Shown one piece after another: positions 38,621 through 48,680 of a stretch of DNA of 64,000 nt. Source of the stretch: an uncultured Clostridium sp. (GTDB taxonomy: Bacteria; Bacillota; Clostridia; TANB77; CAG-508); the NCBI GenBank assembly GCA_948442365.1, contig CAOJRU010000003.1, forward strand, positions 30,052 to 94,051. Direction: 5' to 3'. Both the position numbers and the translations under genes were made by a program. The notes below the pieces were generated by a model. It saw nothing but the letters and a program-made list of their open reading frames with translations, was not told the DNA's origin and searched no databases. Every line of letters begins with the position of its first letter. Within the stretch, counting starts at the first letter, position 1.

Positions 38621-41230
38621 ATGCTAAAATTAGAAAAAATAACCAAAGAATATCTTTCAGGAGATACCGCAGTAAAAGCATTAAAAGGAATCGATATAGA
38701 ATTTAGAAAAAATGAATTTGTATCAATATTGGGGCAAAGTGGATGTGGAAAAACCACACTATTAAATATTATAGGAGGATTAGATCGCTACACTTCAGGA
38801 GATTTAATTATCAATGGAAAATCTACTAAAAAATTTAAAGACAAAGAATGGGATGCCTACCGTAATTATTCCATAGGATTTGTATTCCAAAGTTATAATT
38901 TAATACCCCATCAAACCATTTTATCCAATGTAGAATTAGCCTTAACCATTTCTGGTGTATCCAAAAAGGAAAGAAAAGAAAGAGCGATTCAGGCCTTAAA
39001 AGATGTTGGATTAGAAGAGCAAATTCATAAGAAACCAAATCAACTATCTGGTGGGCAAATGCAAAGAGTAGCCATTGCTAGAGCCTTAGTCAATAATCCA
39101 GACATTATATTAGCAGATGAGCCAACAGGAGCCTTAGATACCAAAACCAGTGTACAAATTATGGAAATCCTAAAAGAAATTGCAAAAGAAAAACTAATTA
39201 TTATGGTTACCCACAATCCAGAATTAGCAGAAAAATATTCAACTAGAATTGTAAAAATATTAGACGGTGTCATTACCGATGACTCCAAGCCATTTACCAA
39301 AGAAGATGGTAAAAAAGAAGAAATGAAAGCGAAAACGGGAAGAACTTCGATGAAATTCTTTACGGCTTTACGACTAAGTTTAAACAATTTAATGACCAAA
39401 AAAGGAAGAACCATACTAACTTCTTTTGCAGGAAGTATTGGGATTATAGGAATTGCGTTAATTTTGGCAATTTCCACAGGGGTACAAAATTACATCAGCA
39501 AAGTAGAAGAAGACACACTTTCTTCTTATCCCATTACCATAGAAGAATCCACAATTGATATGTCAAGTATGATGCAATCTATGATGGGAACAGGGGAAGA
39601 ACAACAAAACCAAGACGATGGAAAAGTACATTCAGCAGACGTTATGAATGAAATGATTACCACACTTTCTAATAAGAAAGAAAACAATAATTTGGCAGAA
39701 CTAAAAAAATACTTAGATGAAGGAGACAATGGAATAACCAATAACAGTAATAGTATAGAGTATGGATATGGTTTAAAAATCAATTTATACAAAGAAAACA
39801 CAGGAGATGGCATTATTAAGGTAAACCCAAGTACTGTTATGAATGCTTTTGGCATGGGAGAAATGATAGAAGCCCAAAATAATTCATCTATGGCATCGAT
39901 GTTTGGTAGTACCATGATGACCAATACGGATGTATGGATCGAAATGTTAGACAATCAAAAATTACTAGAATCTCAATTTGATTTAATAAAAGGTAATTGG
40001 CCAAAGGCATACAATGAAGTCGTTTTAATTTTAAAAGAAGATGGTAGAATTGATGATTACACTTTATATTCTCTTGGATTAAAGAATCAAGACGAATTAA
40101 AAGAAAAATGGAAAGCTGTAGAAAATGGAGAAAAAATTGAAGAAACAGAAGAAAGTACTTCCTATACTTATGATGAATTACTAAATTTATCTTTTAAATT
40201 GTTGTTAAATTCAGATTACTATAAAAAAGAAAATGGATTATGGTTAAATCAAGAAGATAATGAAGACTATATGAAAGAAAAAATAGCAGAAGCAGAAAAC
40301 ATAAAAATTGTAGGAATTATCAAACAAAATGAAGAAAGTGTTGCTTCAACAGCAGTAACGAGTGGAATTGGTTATACCAAACAATTAAAAGAATATGTTA
40401 TCAAACAATCCAATGAAGCGGAGATTGTCAAAGAACAAAAAGAAGATAAAGAAACGAATGTATTTTCTGGATTAAAATTTCCAACAGAGGAAGAAAAAGA
40501 AAGCTATACGATGTCTAATCTAACCAATGAGCAAAAAATGGCAATGAGTCGATTAAGTAGTGAAGAAATCGCTAAAATGATGGAAACCTATACTGCCAAT
40601 AAAGATGCTAGTTATGAAAAGAATTTAGATAAATTAGCGGCAATTGATGTAGAAGAACCAACCTCAATTAATATCTATCCAAAGAACTTTGAAGCAAAAG
40701 ACAAAATAGCAGATGCGATTGAAAGCTACAACCAAAAGCAAAAAGACGAAGGAAAGGAAGAAAATGTAATCAATTATACTGATATGGTAGGTCTTATGAT
40801 GAAATCTGTTAGTCAAATTATTGATACCATAAGCTATGTATTAATTGCTTTTGTAGCCATTTCATTAATTGTATCTTCTATCATGATAGGAATTATTACT
40901 TATATTTCTGTACTAGAAAGAACCAAAGAAATTGGAATATTAAGAGCAATAGGAGCTTCTAAAAAAGACATATCAAGAGTGTTTAATGCAGAAACTTTTA
41001 TTGTAGGTTTGATATCAGGATTATTGGGAATTGGCATTACCGTATTATTGACAATACCAATTAATGGCATGATTTATGCGTTAGCAGGTGTATCGGTAAA
41101 TTGTATGGTACCACCAATAGCAGGTGTTGTATTAGTCGTAATTAGTATGTTACTAACCATTATTGCAGGTTTAATACCAGCTAAAATGGCAAGTAAAAGA
41201 GATCCAGTGGAAGCATTAAGAACAGAATAA
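38621..41230 (+). CDS. ABC transporter, fused ATP-binding and FtsX/MacB-type permease
   Basis: Walker A GQSGCGKTT, signature LSGGQMQRVAIARAL, Walker B ILADEPTGALD; large extracytoplasmic domain; C-terminal FtsX-like 4-TM helices with ERTKEIGILRAIGA. Confidence 0.85.
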   Translation: MLKLEKITKEYLSGDTAVKALKGIDIEFRKNEFVSILGQSGCGKTTLLNIIGGLDRYTSGDLIINGKSTKKFKDKEWDAYRNYSIGFVFQSYNLIPHQTILSNVELALTISGVSKKERKERAIQALKDVGLEEQIHKKPNQLSGGQMQRVAIARALVNNPDIILADEPTGALDTKTSVQIMEILKEIAKEKLIIMVTHNPELAEKYSTRIVKILDGVITDDSKPFTKEDGKKEEMKAKTGRTSMKFFTALRLSLNNLMTKKGRTILTSFAGSIGIIGIALILAISTGVQNYISKVEEDTLSSYPITIEESTIDMSSMMQSMMGTGEEQQNQDDGKVHSADVMNEMITTLSNKKENNNLAELKKYLDEGDNGITNNSNSIEYGYGLKINLYKENTGDGIIKVNPSTVMNAFGMGEMIEAQNNSSMASMFGSTMMTNTDVWIEMLDNQKLLESQFDLIKGNWPKAYNEVVLILKEDGRIDDYTLYSLGLKNQDELKEKWKAVENGEKIEETEESTSYTYDELLNLSFKLLLNSDYYKKENGLWLNQEDNEDYMKEKIAEAENIKIVGIIKQNEESVASTAVTSGIGYTKQLKEYVIKQSNEAEIVKEQKEDKETNVFSGLKFPTEEEKESYTMSNLTNEQKMAMSRLSSEEIAKMMETYTANKDASYEKNLDKLAAIDVEEPTSINIYPKNFEAKDKIADAIESYNQKQKDEGKEENVINYTDMVGLMMKSVSQIIDTISYVLIAFVAISLIVSSIMIGIITYISVLERTKEIGILRAIGASKKDISRVFNAETFIVGLISGLLGIGITVLLTIPINGMIYALAGVSVNCMVPPIAGVVLVVISMLLTIIAGLIPAKMASKRDPVEALRTE

Positions 41231-41238
41231 TGTATATA

Positions 41239-41267
41239 TTGACAATTTTTGCAAACAATGGCATAAT
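41239..41267 (+). promoter_or_regulatory. promoter for metK
   Basis: TTGACA, 17-nt spacer, CATAAT. Confidence 0.55.
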
Positions 41268-41277
41268 AATAGGTATC

Positions 41278-41317
41278 GAAAGTTTGCCAAAGGGGACGGA
41301 CCTTTTTGGCAACTTTC
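41278..41317 (+). promoter_or_regulatory. structured metK leader hairpin (about 14-bp stem, GC-rich loop GGGGACGGACC)
   Basis: GAAAGTTTGCCAAA / TTTGGCAACTTTC stem; no T-run on either strand; same 21-nt motif as both arms of element 27273..27446. Confidence 0.6.
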
Positions 41318-41343
41318 ATAACGGATAAAAAAAGGAGAAAAAA

Positions 41344-42453
41344 ATGAAGAAATATTATTTTACATCAGAAAGTGTAACAGAAGGACACCCAGATAAATTA
41401 TGTGATACCATATCAGATAGTATACTAGACGAATGCATTAAGCAAGATCCAAATGCAAGAGTAGCAGTAGAAACCTTTGCTTCTAGTAATAGAATAACAT
41501 TAGCAGGGCAAATCACCTTTAGCGGAGAAATTGATTACGAAAAAATAGTAAGAGAAACCATAAAAAACATTGGTTACGAAAATGCAGAAATAGACATTGA
41601 TTATAAAACCTGTGAAATTGACATCAACATAACCAAACAAAGTCCAGACATAGCAATGGGAGTAAATGTAGGAGGAGCAGGCGATCAAGGAATTATGTTT
41701 GGGTTTGCTTCAGACGAAACCGAAAACTATATGCCATATGCCATCAGTATGGCACATAAATTGGCTAAAAAATTAACACAAGTAAGAAAAGAAAAAATTA
41801 TTCCTTACTTAAGACCAGATGGAAAAACACAAGTAACAGTAGAATATGAAGATAATAAACCAAAAAGAATTGAAACCATACTAATCTCAACGCAACATGA
41901 AGAATCCATAGAGCAAGAACAACTAAAAAAAGATGTAATTGAAAAAGTAATCAAACAAACTGTTCCAGAAAATATGATAGATGAAAATACCAATATCTAT
42001 ATTAATCCAACGGGTAGATTTGTAATAGGAGGACCATTAGGAGACACGGGATTAACAGGAAGAAAAATCATTGTAGATACCTATGGAGGCTATGCACGTC
42101 ATGGAGGGGGAGCCTTTTCTGGTAAAGATCCTAGCAAGGTAGATCGTAGCAGTGCTTATATGATGAGACATATTGCAAAAAATATTGTGGCGAATGGATA
42201 TGCTAAAAAATGTGAAATCCAAGTATCTTATGCCATTGGCATGGAAGAACCATTGTCGATCTGTGTAGATACTTTTGGAACAGGTACCAAAACAGAAGAA
42301 GAGTTGGTTCAATTGATTCAAGAAAAATTTGATTTAACACCAGATGGTATTATTAAATATTTAGATTTAAAGAGACCAATTTATTCACAAACAACCAATT
42401 ATGGTCATTTTGGAAAAGAAAATTTATCATGGGAAAAAATTATAAAGATGTAA
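41344..42453 (+). CDS. metK: S-adenosylmethionine synthetase
   Basis: [47 protein letters not shown] and GGGAFSGKD motifs. Confidence 0.93.
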   Translation: MKKYYFTSESVTEGHPDKLCDTISDSILDECIKQDPNARVAVETFASSNRITLAGQITFSGEIDYEKIVRETIKNIGYENAEIDIDYKTCEIDINITKQSPDIAMGVNVGGAGDQGIMFGFASDETENYMPYAISMAHKLAKKLTQVRKEKIIPYLRPDGKTQVTVEYEDNKPKRIETILISTQHEESIEQEQLKKDVIEKVIKQTVPENMIDENTNIYINPTGRFVIGGPLGDTGLTGRKIIVDTYGGYARHGGGAFSGKDPSKVDRSSAYMMRHIAKNIVANGYAKKCEIQVSYAIGMEEPLSICVDTFGTGTKTEEELVQLIQEKFDLTPDGIIKYLDLKRPIYSQTTNYGHFGKENLSWEKIIKM

Positions 42454-42456
42454 AAG

Positions 42457-42505
42457 GAAAGATTTTTAAGATACTATAAATTATCTTAAAAGTCTTTCTT
42501 TTTTT
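42457..42505 (+). terminator. intrinsic terminator after metK
   Basis: GAAAGATTTTTAAGATA ... TATCTTAAAAGTCTTTC then TTTTTTT. Confidence 0.75.
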
Positions 42506-42543
42506 GTATAATATTGCTATAATGATATAGTGAGGTAATCAGA

Positions 42544-43122
42544 ATGAATTTAGAAGATTTAAAAAGAAAAATACAAAATTACAAACCATACAATGAGCAA
42601 GAAGAGAAGGACAAGCAAATGATGCTAAAATATATGGATACATTTGATAATATCTTGGTTAGAGATAATGAATTTGTCCACTTTACGGCTTCTAGTTGGG
42701 CAGTAAATCCAGAAAAAACCAAAGTTCTGATGATTTATCATAATATTTATCAATCTTGGACTTGGACTGGTGGACATAGTGATGGAGAAGCTGACTTGTT
42801 AAAAGTGGCAATCAAAGAATTAAAAGAAGAAACAGGAGTAGAAAAGGTGAAAATTTTGCAAGATGATATTTTTTCATTGGAAGCATTAACAGTGGATGGA
42901 CATTGGAAAAAGGGAAAATATGTATCTTCTCACATACATTTAAACCTTACTTTTCTTTTAGAAGTAGATGAAAGAGAAATATTACATAAAAAAGAGGATG
43001 AAAATAGTGACGTTAAATGGATTCCAATACAAGAAGTAGATAAGGTTTCAAAAGAAGAGTGGATTAAGAAAAATATATATACTAAATTGGAGAACAAAAG
43101 CGGCATGATTAAAATTTTCTGA
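42544..43122 (+). CDS. NUDIX hydrolase
   Basis: Nudix box GGHSDGEADLLKVAIKELKEETGV. Confidence 0.8.
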   Translation: MNLEDLKRKIQNYKPYNEQEEKDKQMMLKYMDTFDNILVRDNEFVHFTASSWAVNPEKTKVLMIYHNIYQSWTWTGGHSDGEADLLKVAIKELKEETGVEKVKILQDDIFSLEALTVDGHWKKGKYVSSHIHLNLTFLLEVDEREILHKKEDENSDVKWIPIQEVDKVSKEEWIKKNIYTKLENKSGMIKIF

Positions 43123-43174
43123 CCTTTTATAGGTAAAATATAGAAAGGCAACAACAAAAAATGAAGGAGACAAA

Positions 43175-43765
43175 ATGTACAAAATTGATAAAATTCAAAA
43201 AGAAAACCAAAGAATACATATAATAGGAAGGGTAATAAGTGCCATTCTTTATATAGTATTAATACCCATGATTATCTTTAATTTTACACTCATTATAAAA
43301 TCGTTTATCAATCCCAATAAAACACCAGATTTCTTTGGTTATAAAAGCTTTGTTATTGTATCAGGAAGTATGGAGCCAACCATTAAAAAAGGGGATGCCA
43401 TATTTATAAAAGAAGTACCAGAAGAAGAAATTAAAACAAATGATATTATATCTTTTACACAAGGAGAAACCAATGTAACCCATAGAATAGTAGAAATTAC
43501 CCAAGAAAATGGCATTAAAAAGTATACCACAAAGGGAGATAATAATAACACAGAAGACAAAGAAAAAATAAGTTATCAGAACATAGAAGGAAAATATCAG
43601 TTTAAAATTAATCAATTTGGAATTGTGATAGGAATTTTAAAAAGTAAAATTACATTAATCCTATTGATTGCCATGATTATTTTTATCAATTATTATAAAA
43701 CCAGAATGGAAAATAAAAAACAAAAAAGAAGAGAAAAACGCAAAGAATATGAAAAAAATAAGTAA
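43175..43765 (+). CDS. signal peptidase I, SipW/archaeal-eukaryal type
   Basis: TM helix, VSGSMEPTIKKGD catalytic Ser motif, THRIV, C-terminal TM helix and basic tail. Confidence 0.75.
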   Translation: MYKIDKIQKENQRIHIIGRVISAILYIVLIPMIIFNFTLIIKSFINPNKTPDFFGYKSFVIVSGSMEPTIKKGDAIFIKEVPEEEIKTNDIISFTQGETNVTHRIVEITQENGIKKYTTKGDNNNTEDKEKISYQNIEGKYQFKINQFGIVIGILKSKITLILLIAMIIFINYYKTRMENKKQKRREKRKEYEKNK

Positions 43766-43776
43766 AGGAAGATAAA

Positions 43777-44223
43777 ATGGATTTATTAAATTTAAAACAA
43801 GATCAATGTATCATAATTGAAAAAGAAAAATATAAAATTTTGAATCAAGTAAAATTTATAGAAAAATCTTCCTATTGGATAGAATACAAAATGCAAAACA
43901 TAGAAAGTAAACAGATGTACTATTTAAATGTAGAAAGAAACTCTAAAGTAATATTATATGAAATCTTAAAAGATAAAAAAGTATCGATAAAAATGAATAT
44001 GCAAATAGAAGGAGAAGAATATGAATTACAGGAAAAAGGAGTAGGAAAAGTAGAAACTTATTATGGTATGACAGATGTAGGACTAAGAGAAGAAGTTAAC
44101 TATTATGAATATAGCAATAAAAGTAATAAGGAAAAAGTAGTATCCATTGAAAAGTGGAAAGATGAGATAGAAGTTAGTATAGGAAGAATCATTAGTTTAA
44201 CAAAAATTAAACTAGAACATTAA
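43777..44223 (+). CDS. DUF4178-like domain protein
   Basis: Pattern Y-x-I/V-L-N...W-I-E-Y-K...Y-Y-L, then E-x-Y-E-L-x-E-K-G...Y-Y-E-Y...I-E-K-W; paralogous to the N-terminus of the next gene. Confidence 0.5.
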   Translation: MDLLNLKQDQCIIIEKEKYKILNQVKFIEKSSYWIEYKMQNIESKQMYYLNVERNSKVILYEILKDKKVSIKMNMQIEGEEYELQEKGVGKVETYYGMTDVGLREEVNYYEYSNKSNKEKVVSIEKWKDEIEVSIGRIISLTKIKLEH

Positions 44224-44284
44224 AAATAGGATGATTAAAACTTTTTTAACCAGTTTGTGCCTTGAGAAAGGAATGAGATAAAAT

Positions 44285-45313
44285 ATGAGATTAAAAAAAG
44301 GACAAATACTCTATATTGATAATCAAAAATATACGGTTCTTAACATGATAGAATTTCAAGAAACTACATGGATTTGGCAAGAATATGAAATTTTAAATGA
44401 AAAGAATGAGCATAAATGGTTAGTAATGGAAGAGGAAGAAAATAAGAAAGTACAATATACAATATTTGAAAAATATAGGGGAAATATTGATACAAACGAT
44501 ATTGAATTTACAATAGAAGATAAAAGTTATGAATTGTATGAAAAAGGCACCGCTTCTGTTAAAGACTATTTCGGAAATGCAGATGTTGATAAATTTGAAA
44601 CTTGTGTATATTATGAGTATAGAACAAAAGACAAAACAGAAATCATAGCAATAGAAAAGTGGCAAGATGAAACAGAAAAAAGTATTGGATATAATATCCC
44701 ACATGAAAAAATACAAATAACAGAAGAATATGACAAAATAAAAATCAATAACAGTATTAAAAAAAATAAAATGGGGAATATTTTTTGCTTTATCTTTGTA
44801 TTATTATTTTTTATATTACCAATTATGCTATCACTTTTTTCGGGACTATTTGTTAATAAATCCATACAAAAGTATTTAGAAAAAGCAACAACGAAATACA
44901 CCTATATAACATCTGTTACAAATAATACCAACAAAAAGAAAGCAAAAGTATATGAATCATCTTTTTCGGACATAGACGGAACAGTAAAAGATATCATTGA
45001 TGGAGTGCCAGAAGGAATTACAGATACAATAGATGCTAACCCAGATACCGAAGCAGATGGAATAGGATTACAAACCAATAACGAATATGCTTATATTTAT
45101 CAAGAAAACGGAAAAATTTATGTACAGGTATCCAGTAAAGATTATGTAAAAAGTTCAGGTACTATGTATCATTCCAGACATCATCATTATTATCACAATA
45201 CCTACAACAGTATACGAAGAAGTACAAAATATAGCAATTATGCTACTTCAGCAAGACAAAGAAGTGTTAATAGTCGAACTTCCTCAGGAGGAGGGACCAG
45301 TTCAGGAAAATAA
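44285..45313 (+). CDS. DUF4178-like N-domain, TM helix, DUF4247-like C-domain protein
   Basis: WIWQEYEIL...WLVMEE, central TM helix, C-terminal His/Tyr-rich segment ending SSGGGTSSGK. Confidence 0.5.
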   Translation: MRLKKGQILYIDNQKYTVLNMIEFQETTWIWQEYEILNEKNEHKWLVMEEEENKKVQYTIFEKYRGNIDTNDIEFTIEDKSYELYEKGTASVKDYFGNADVDKFETCVYYEYRTKDKTEIIAIEKWQDETEKSIGYNIPHEKIQITEEYDKIKINNSIKKNKMGNIFCFIFVLLFFILPIMLSLFSGLFVNKSIQKYLEKATTKYTYITSVTNNTNKKKAKVYESSFSDIDGTVKDIIDGVPEGITDTIDANPDTEADGIGLQTNNEYAYIYQENGKIYVQVSSKDYVKSSGTMYHSRHHHYYHNTYNSIRRSTKYSNYATSARQRSVNSRTSSGGGTSSGK

Positions 45314-45338
45314 AAAGAAGAAAGGAAAGGGATAGAAG

Positions 45339-45545
45339 ATGAATATTAATTGGGCAGAAATAGTAAATACCGTAATATATGCAGGAATAGGTGTCATTTT
45401 AATGTTAGTCAGTATGTATATATTTGATTTAACAGTACCATATGATTTTAATAAAGAATTAAAAGAAAAAAATGTAGCTGCTGGATTTGTCATAGCAGGA
45501 ATTTTTATTGCGATTGCTATTATTATTAGAACCGTTATTATATAA
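45339..45545 (+). CDS. DUF350-like small membrane protein
   Basis: Two TM helices; NVAAGFVIAGIFIAIAIII motif. Confidence 0.55.
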   Translation: MNINWAEIVNTVIYAGIGVILMLVSMYIFDLTVPYDFNKELKEKNVAAGFVIAGIFIAIAIIIRTVII

Positions 45546-45610
45546 GAAAAGAGTTAAAAAATAATGCTAGGAATTTAGTTAAATTGATAGAGAAAGGATG
45601 GAAATTAGAG

Positions 45611-45817
45611 ATGGAAATTTTATCAAAATTAATAGAAATCATCATTTATGTTGTAATTGGAATTCTATTTTGTTGGATAGGATATAAAGCAACTGAAAAA
45701 ATTTTTAAGAAAACTTTTTCTTTAACAGAAGAAATAGACAATAACAATAAAGCAGCTGGAATTATGGTGGGAGGAATGTTTATTGCAATAGGAATTATTA
45801 TGAGTGGTGTATTGTAA
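45611..45817 (+). CDS. DUF350-like small membrane protein (second copy)
   Basis: Two TM helices; NKAAGIMVGGMFIAIGIIM motif. Confidence 0.5.
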   Translation: MEILSKLIEIIIYVVIGILFCWIGYKATEKIFKKTFSLTEEIDNNNKAAGIMVGGMFIAIGIIMSGVL

Positions 45818-45818
45818 A

Positions 45819-47351
45819 ATGGAAGAAGAGAAAGAAAAAAGAGAAAGCAAATTAGATGGAAAATTACTACTTTTTACAACCTTATTAATATCTATATGTT
45901 CTATTATTTATGAATTAATGATTAGTAGTATTAGTTCCTATTTGCAAGGAGATAGCATTACGCAATTTTCCATTACTATAGGATTATATATGAGTGCAAT
46001 GGGAATTGGCTCTTATTTATCTAAGTTTATGAAAAAAAAATTATTTGATAAGTTTGTTTTCATTGAAATGAGTGTTGGCATATTAGGTGGCTTTTCTAGC
46101 TTGATTTTATTTTTAGCTAACATTTATACCAATATATATGACTTAATTATGTATATACTAATTTTATTAATCGGTATATTAGTCGGACTGGAAATACCAA
46201 TTTTAACAAGGATTATAGAAAGTAATCAAAGTAATGTACGAAAAAATTTAGCTAATATTTTTACCTTTGACTACATAGGAGGATTAATAGGTTCTATTAT
46301 TTTTCCTATCTTATTGTTTCCAAAGCTAGGTTTTATAACCACTACACTTTTAGTAGGAAGTATGAATTTAGTAGCAGCTTTCTTAATCTTATTTAAATAT
46401 AAAAAACATATAGAAAAATATAATACGATAAAGTGGATAGCAATACTATTTTTTATATTGTTATTTGTGTTTTTATTAACAGGAGGGATGGTAGCAGAAA
46501 AGATAGAAGAAGGACTGTATCGTGATGATATCATTTTATCAGAGCAAACAAATTATCAAAAAATAGTTATGACAAAACATAAAGATGATATTCGTTTATT
46601 TTTAGATGGAAATTTGCAATTCAGTACCAGTGACGAATATAGATATCATGAGGCATTAGTACATATACCAATGATGTATGCACCTTCCCATCAAAAAGTT
46701 TTAATACTAGGGGGAGGAGATGGATTAGCAGCAAGAGAGTTATTAAAATATAAGGAAATAGAGAAAATAGTATTAGTGGATATTGACAAAGAAATGACAG
46801 ATTTATGTACCAATGATATTCAAATAGCCAAATTAAATGAAAATTCATTAAAAAATGAAAAAGTAACTATTATTAATAAAGATGCTTATTTGTTTGTTCA
46901 AGAGAATCCAGAAAAATTTGATGTTATCATCATAGATTTTCCAGATCCCAATAATGAATCATTGAATAAATTATATACCAACGTATTTTATAATTATATT
47001 AAGGCAAATATGAAAGAAAATGGTGTTATGGTTTGCCAATCAACCAGTCCTTATTATGCTAAAAAATCATTTTGGTGTATCAATAAAACCATCCAAACGC
47101 AATTTCAATCTGTCATTCCCTATCATTTACAAGTACCAACCTTTGGAGAATGGGGATTTAATTTGGCATTTAATGGAGAGCAAAAAAGAAAAGAATTATC
47201 AATTGAAACAAAATATTTGACGAACGAAAATATCGACTCTTTATTTCATTTTGGAAAAGATGAAATAGTAGATAAAGAAACAATAGATGCGAATGATATG
47301 TTTAAACCAACGCTAATAACTTATTATAATGAGGAAGTACAAAATTGGTAA
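45819..47351 (+). CDS. polyamine aminopropyltransferase-like (spermidine synthase fold) with N-terminal multi-TM domain
   Basis: About 7 TM helices, then YHEALVH, VLILGGGDGLAARELLKY, VLVDIDKEMTDLC and VIIIDFPDP motifs; start ATG 45819 (or GTG 45804). Confidence 0.8.
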   Translation: MEEEKEKRESKLDGKLLLFTTLLISICSIIYELMISSISSYLQGDSITQFSITIGLYMSAMGIGSYLSKFMKKKLFDKFVFIEMSVGILGGFSSLILFLANIYTNIYDLIMYILILLIGILVGLEIPILTRIIESNQSNVRKNLANIFTFDYIGGLIGSIIFPILLFPKLGFITTTLLVGSMNLVAAFLILFKYKKHIEKYNTIKWIAILFFILLFVFLLTGGMVAEKIEEGLYRDDIILSEQTNYQKIVMTKHKDDIRLFLDGNLQFSTSDEYRYHEALVHIPMMYAPSHQKVLILGGGDGLAARELLKYKEIEKIVLVDIDKEMTDLCTNDIQIAKLNENSLKNEKVTIINKDAYLFVQENPEKFDVIIIDFPDPNNESLNKLYTNVFYNYIKANMKENGVMVCQSTSPYYAKKSFWCINKTIQTQFQSVIPYHLQVPTFGEWGFNLAFNGEQKRKELSIETKYLTNENIDSLFHFGKDEIVDKETIDANDMFKPTLITYYNEEVQNW

Positions 47352-47365
47352 AGGAGACGAAGAAA

Positions 47366-47656
47366 GTGGATGCAGTAATGTATAATTTTCATACTTGGAT
47401 TGCTTATGAAAAGGAAGAAATATTGATAAAAGATTTAGAAAAAATGCTATTACAAAGTGGCTTTACTATTATTAATAAAGTGGAACATTTTTTTGAAGGT
47501 CAAGGTTATACAGGTTTATGGCTTTTAGCAGAAAGTCATTTTGCTATACATACTTTTCCAGAGAATAACAAAGTATATATAGAAATTTCAAGTTGTGTGA
47601 AACAATATTATGACACATTCTTAGAAATATTTAATAAATTTTCTTTTTATGGTTAG
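47366..47656 (+). CDS. S-adenosylmethionine decarboxylase-like small protein (SpeH/class 1 type)
   Basis: LLAESHFAIHTFPE matches the Glu-Ser self-processing site context; AAGGAG RBS before GTG 47366 (ATG 47378 is the alternative). Confidence 0.6.
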   Translation: MDAVMYNFHTWIAYEKEEILIKDLEKMLLQSGFTIINKVEHFFEGQGYTGLWLLAESHFAIHTFPENNKVYIEISSCVKQYYDTFLEIFNKFSFYG

Positions 47657-47746
47657 AATAAAAAAAGAAAATTGATAGAAAAGAACTTAAACTGTGTTAA
47701 CATAACACGAAAAAGAACATACTATATAATATAGGAGGAAAACAAA

Positions 47747-48511
47747 GTGGAAAACTTATTATATAGTATAGCAGGAATTTTAATACCATTTGTGGGAACC
47801 AGTTTGGGAAGTAGTCTAGTATTTTTCATGAAGAAAAATATAAATGAGAAGTTCCAAAAAATGATAGTAGGATTTGCAGCAGGTGTTATGATAGCAGCTA
47901 GTGTATGGTCTCTTATATTGCCATCTGTTGAAATGGCAGAAAATCAAGGAATTATGGCTTGGATACCAGCAAGCATAGGAGTAGCAGCAGGCGTTATATT
48001 TTTAATTGCTATTAATAAAATAGCACAAAAGTGTGAAAAAGAAGGAAACGAAAAAAAGTTAGATATGCTAATATTTTCCGTTACACTACATAATATTCCA
48101 GAAGGAATGGCAGTAGGCGTATGTTTTGCAGGATTTTTGGCAGGAAATGCGGGAATTGCTTTATGGGAAGCACTGATTTTGGCAATTGGGATAGCCATTC
48201 AAAATATTCCAGAAGGTACCATTATTTCAATGCCATTAAAAATGAAGGGAACCAGTAAAAAGAAAGCCTTTTTATATGGTGTATTATCTGGAATTGTTGA
48301 ACCAATTGCAGCATTTATAACAGTAGCCTTAATTAATATAGTAGTACCGATTTTGCCATACCTATTATCATTTGCGGCAGGTGCTATGATATATGTAGTA
48401 GCAGAAGAGTTGATTCCAGAAATGCATAGCGGAAAAAAATCAGCACTAGGAGTTATTGGAGTAACCATAGGATTTGTTATTATGATGGTATTAGATATTG
48501 CTTTAGGCTAA
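47747..48511 (+). CDS. ZIP-family divalent metal (zinc) transporter
   Basis: HNIPEGMAVG and QNIPEGT motifs; 8 TM helices; GTG start after AGGAGG. Confidence 0.8.
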   Translation: MENLLYSIAGILIPFVGTSLGSSLVFFMKKNINEKFQKMIVGFAAGVMIAASVWSLILPSVEMAENQGIMAWIPASIGVAAGVIFLIAINKIAQKCEKEGNEKKLDMLIFSVTLHNIPEGMAVGVCFAGFLAGNAGIALWEALILAIGIAIQNIPEGTIISMPLKMKGTSKKKAFLYGVLSGIVEPIAAFITVALINIVVPILPYLLSFAAGAMIYVVAEELIPEMHSGKKSALGVIGVTIGFVIMMVLDIALG

Positions 48512-48525
48512 CAAAATTAAAAATG

Positions 48526-48561
48526 AAAAGGAGTAATTATACTTAATAATTGCTCTTTTTT
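48526..48561 (+). terminator. intrinsic terminator
   Basis: AAAAGGAGTAATTAT-actta-ATAATTGCTCTTTT plus T-run. Confidence 0.7.
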
Positions 48562-48680
48562 ATTGTATAGACATCCATTGTTTTTAGTGGAAGTTCAAGG
48601 CAAAAACTACAAACCGTTGTATTTTTCTTAAATTTAAGGTATAATAGATACAGTAAATATATTATGTTAGGAGAAAACAT

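Noticed and set aside
41231-41343. S-box or other SAM riboswitch upstream of metK
   Set aside because: The region is too short and lacks the conserved S-box sequence blocks. Only a simple hairpin is present, reported as a separate finding.
47733-47749. Identical 17-nt AGGAGGAAAACAAAGTG at the ZIP transporter start and at the ABC ATPase start (50675-50691)
   Set aside because: It is just an RBS plus spacer plus GTG start. It is short and AT-rich enough to be coincidence, and the flanks are unrelated.
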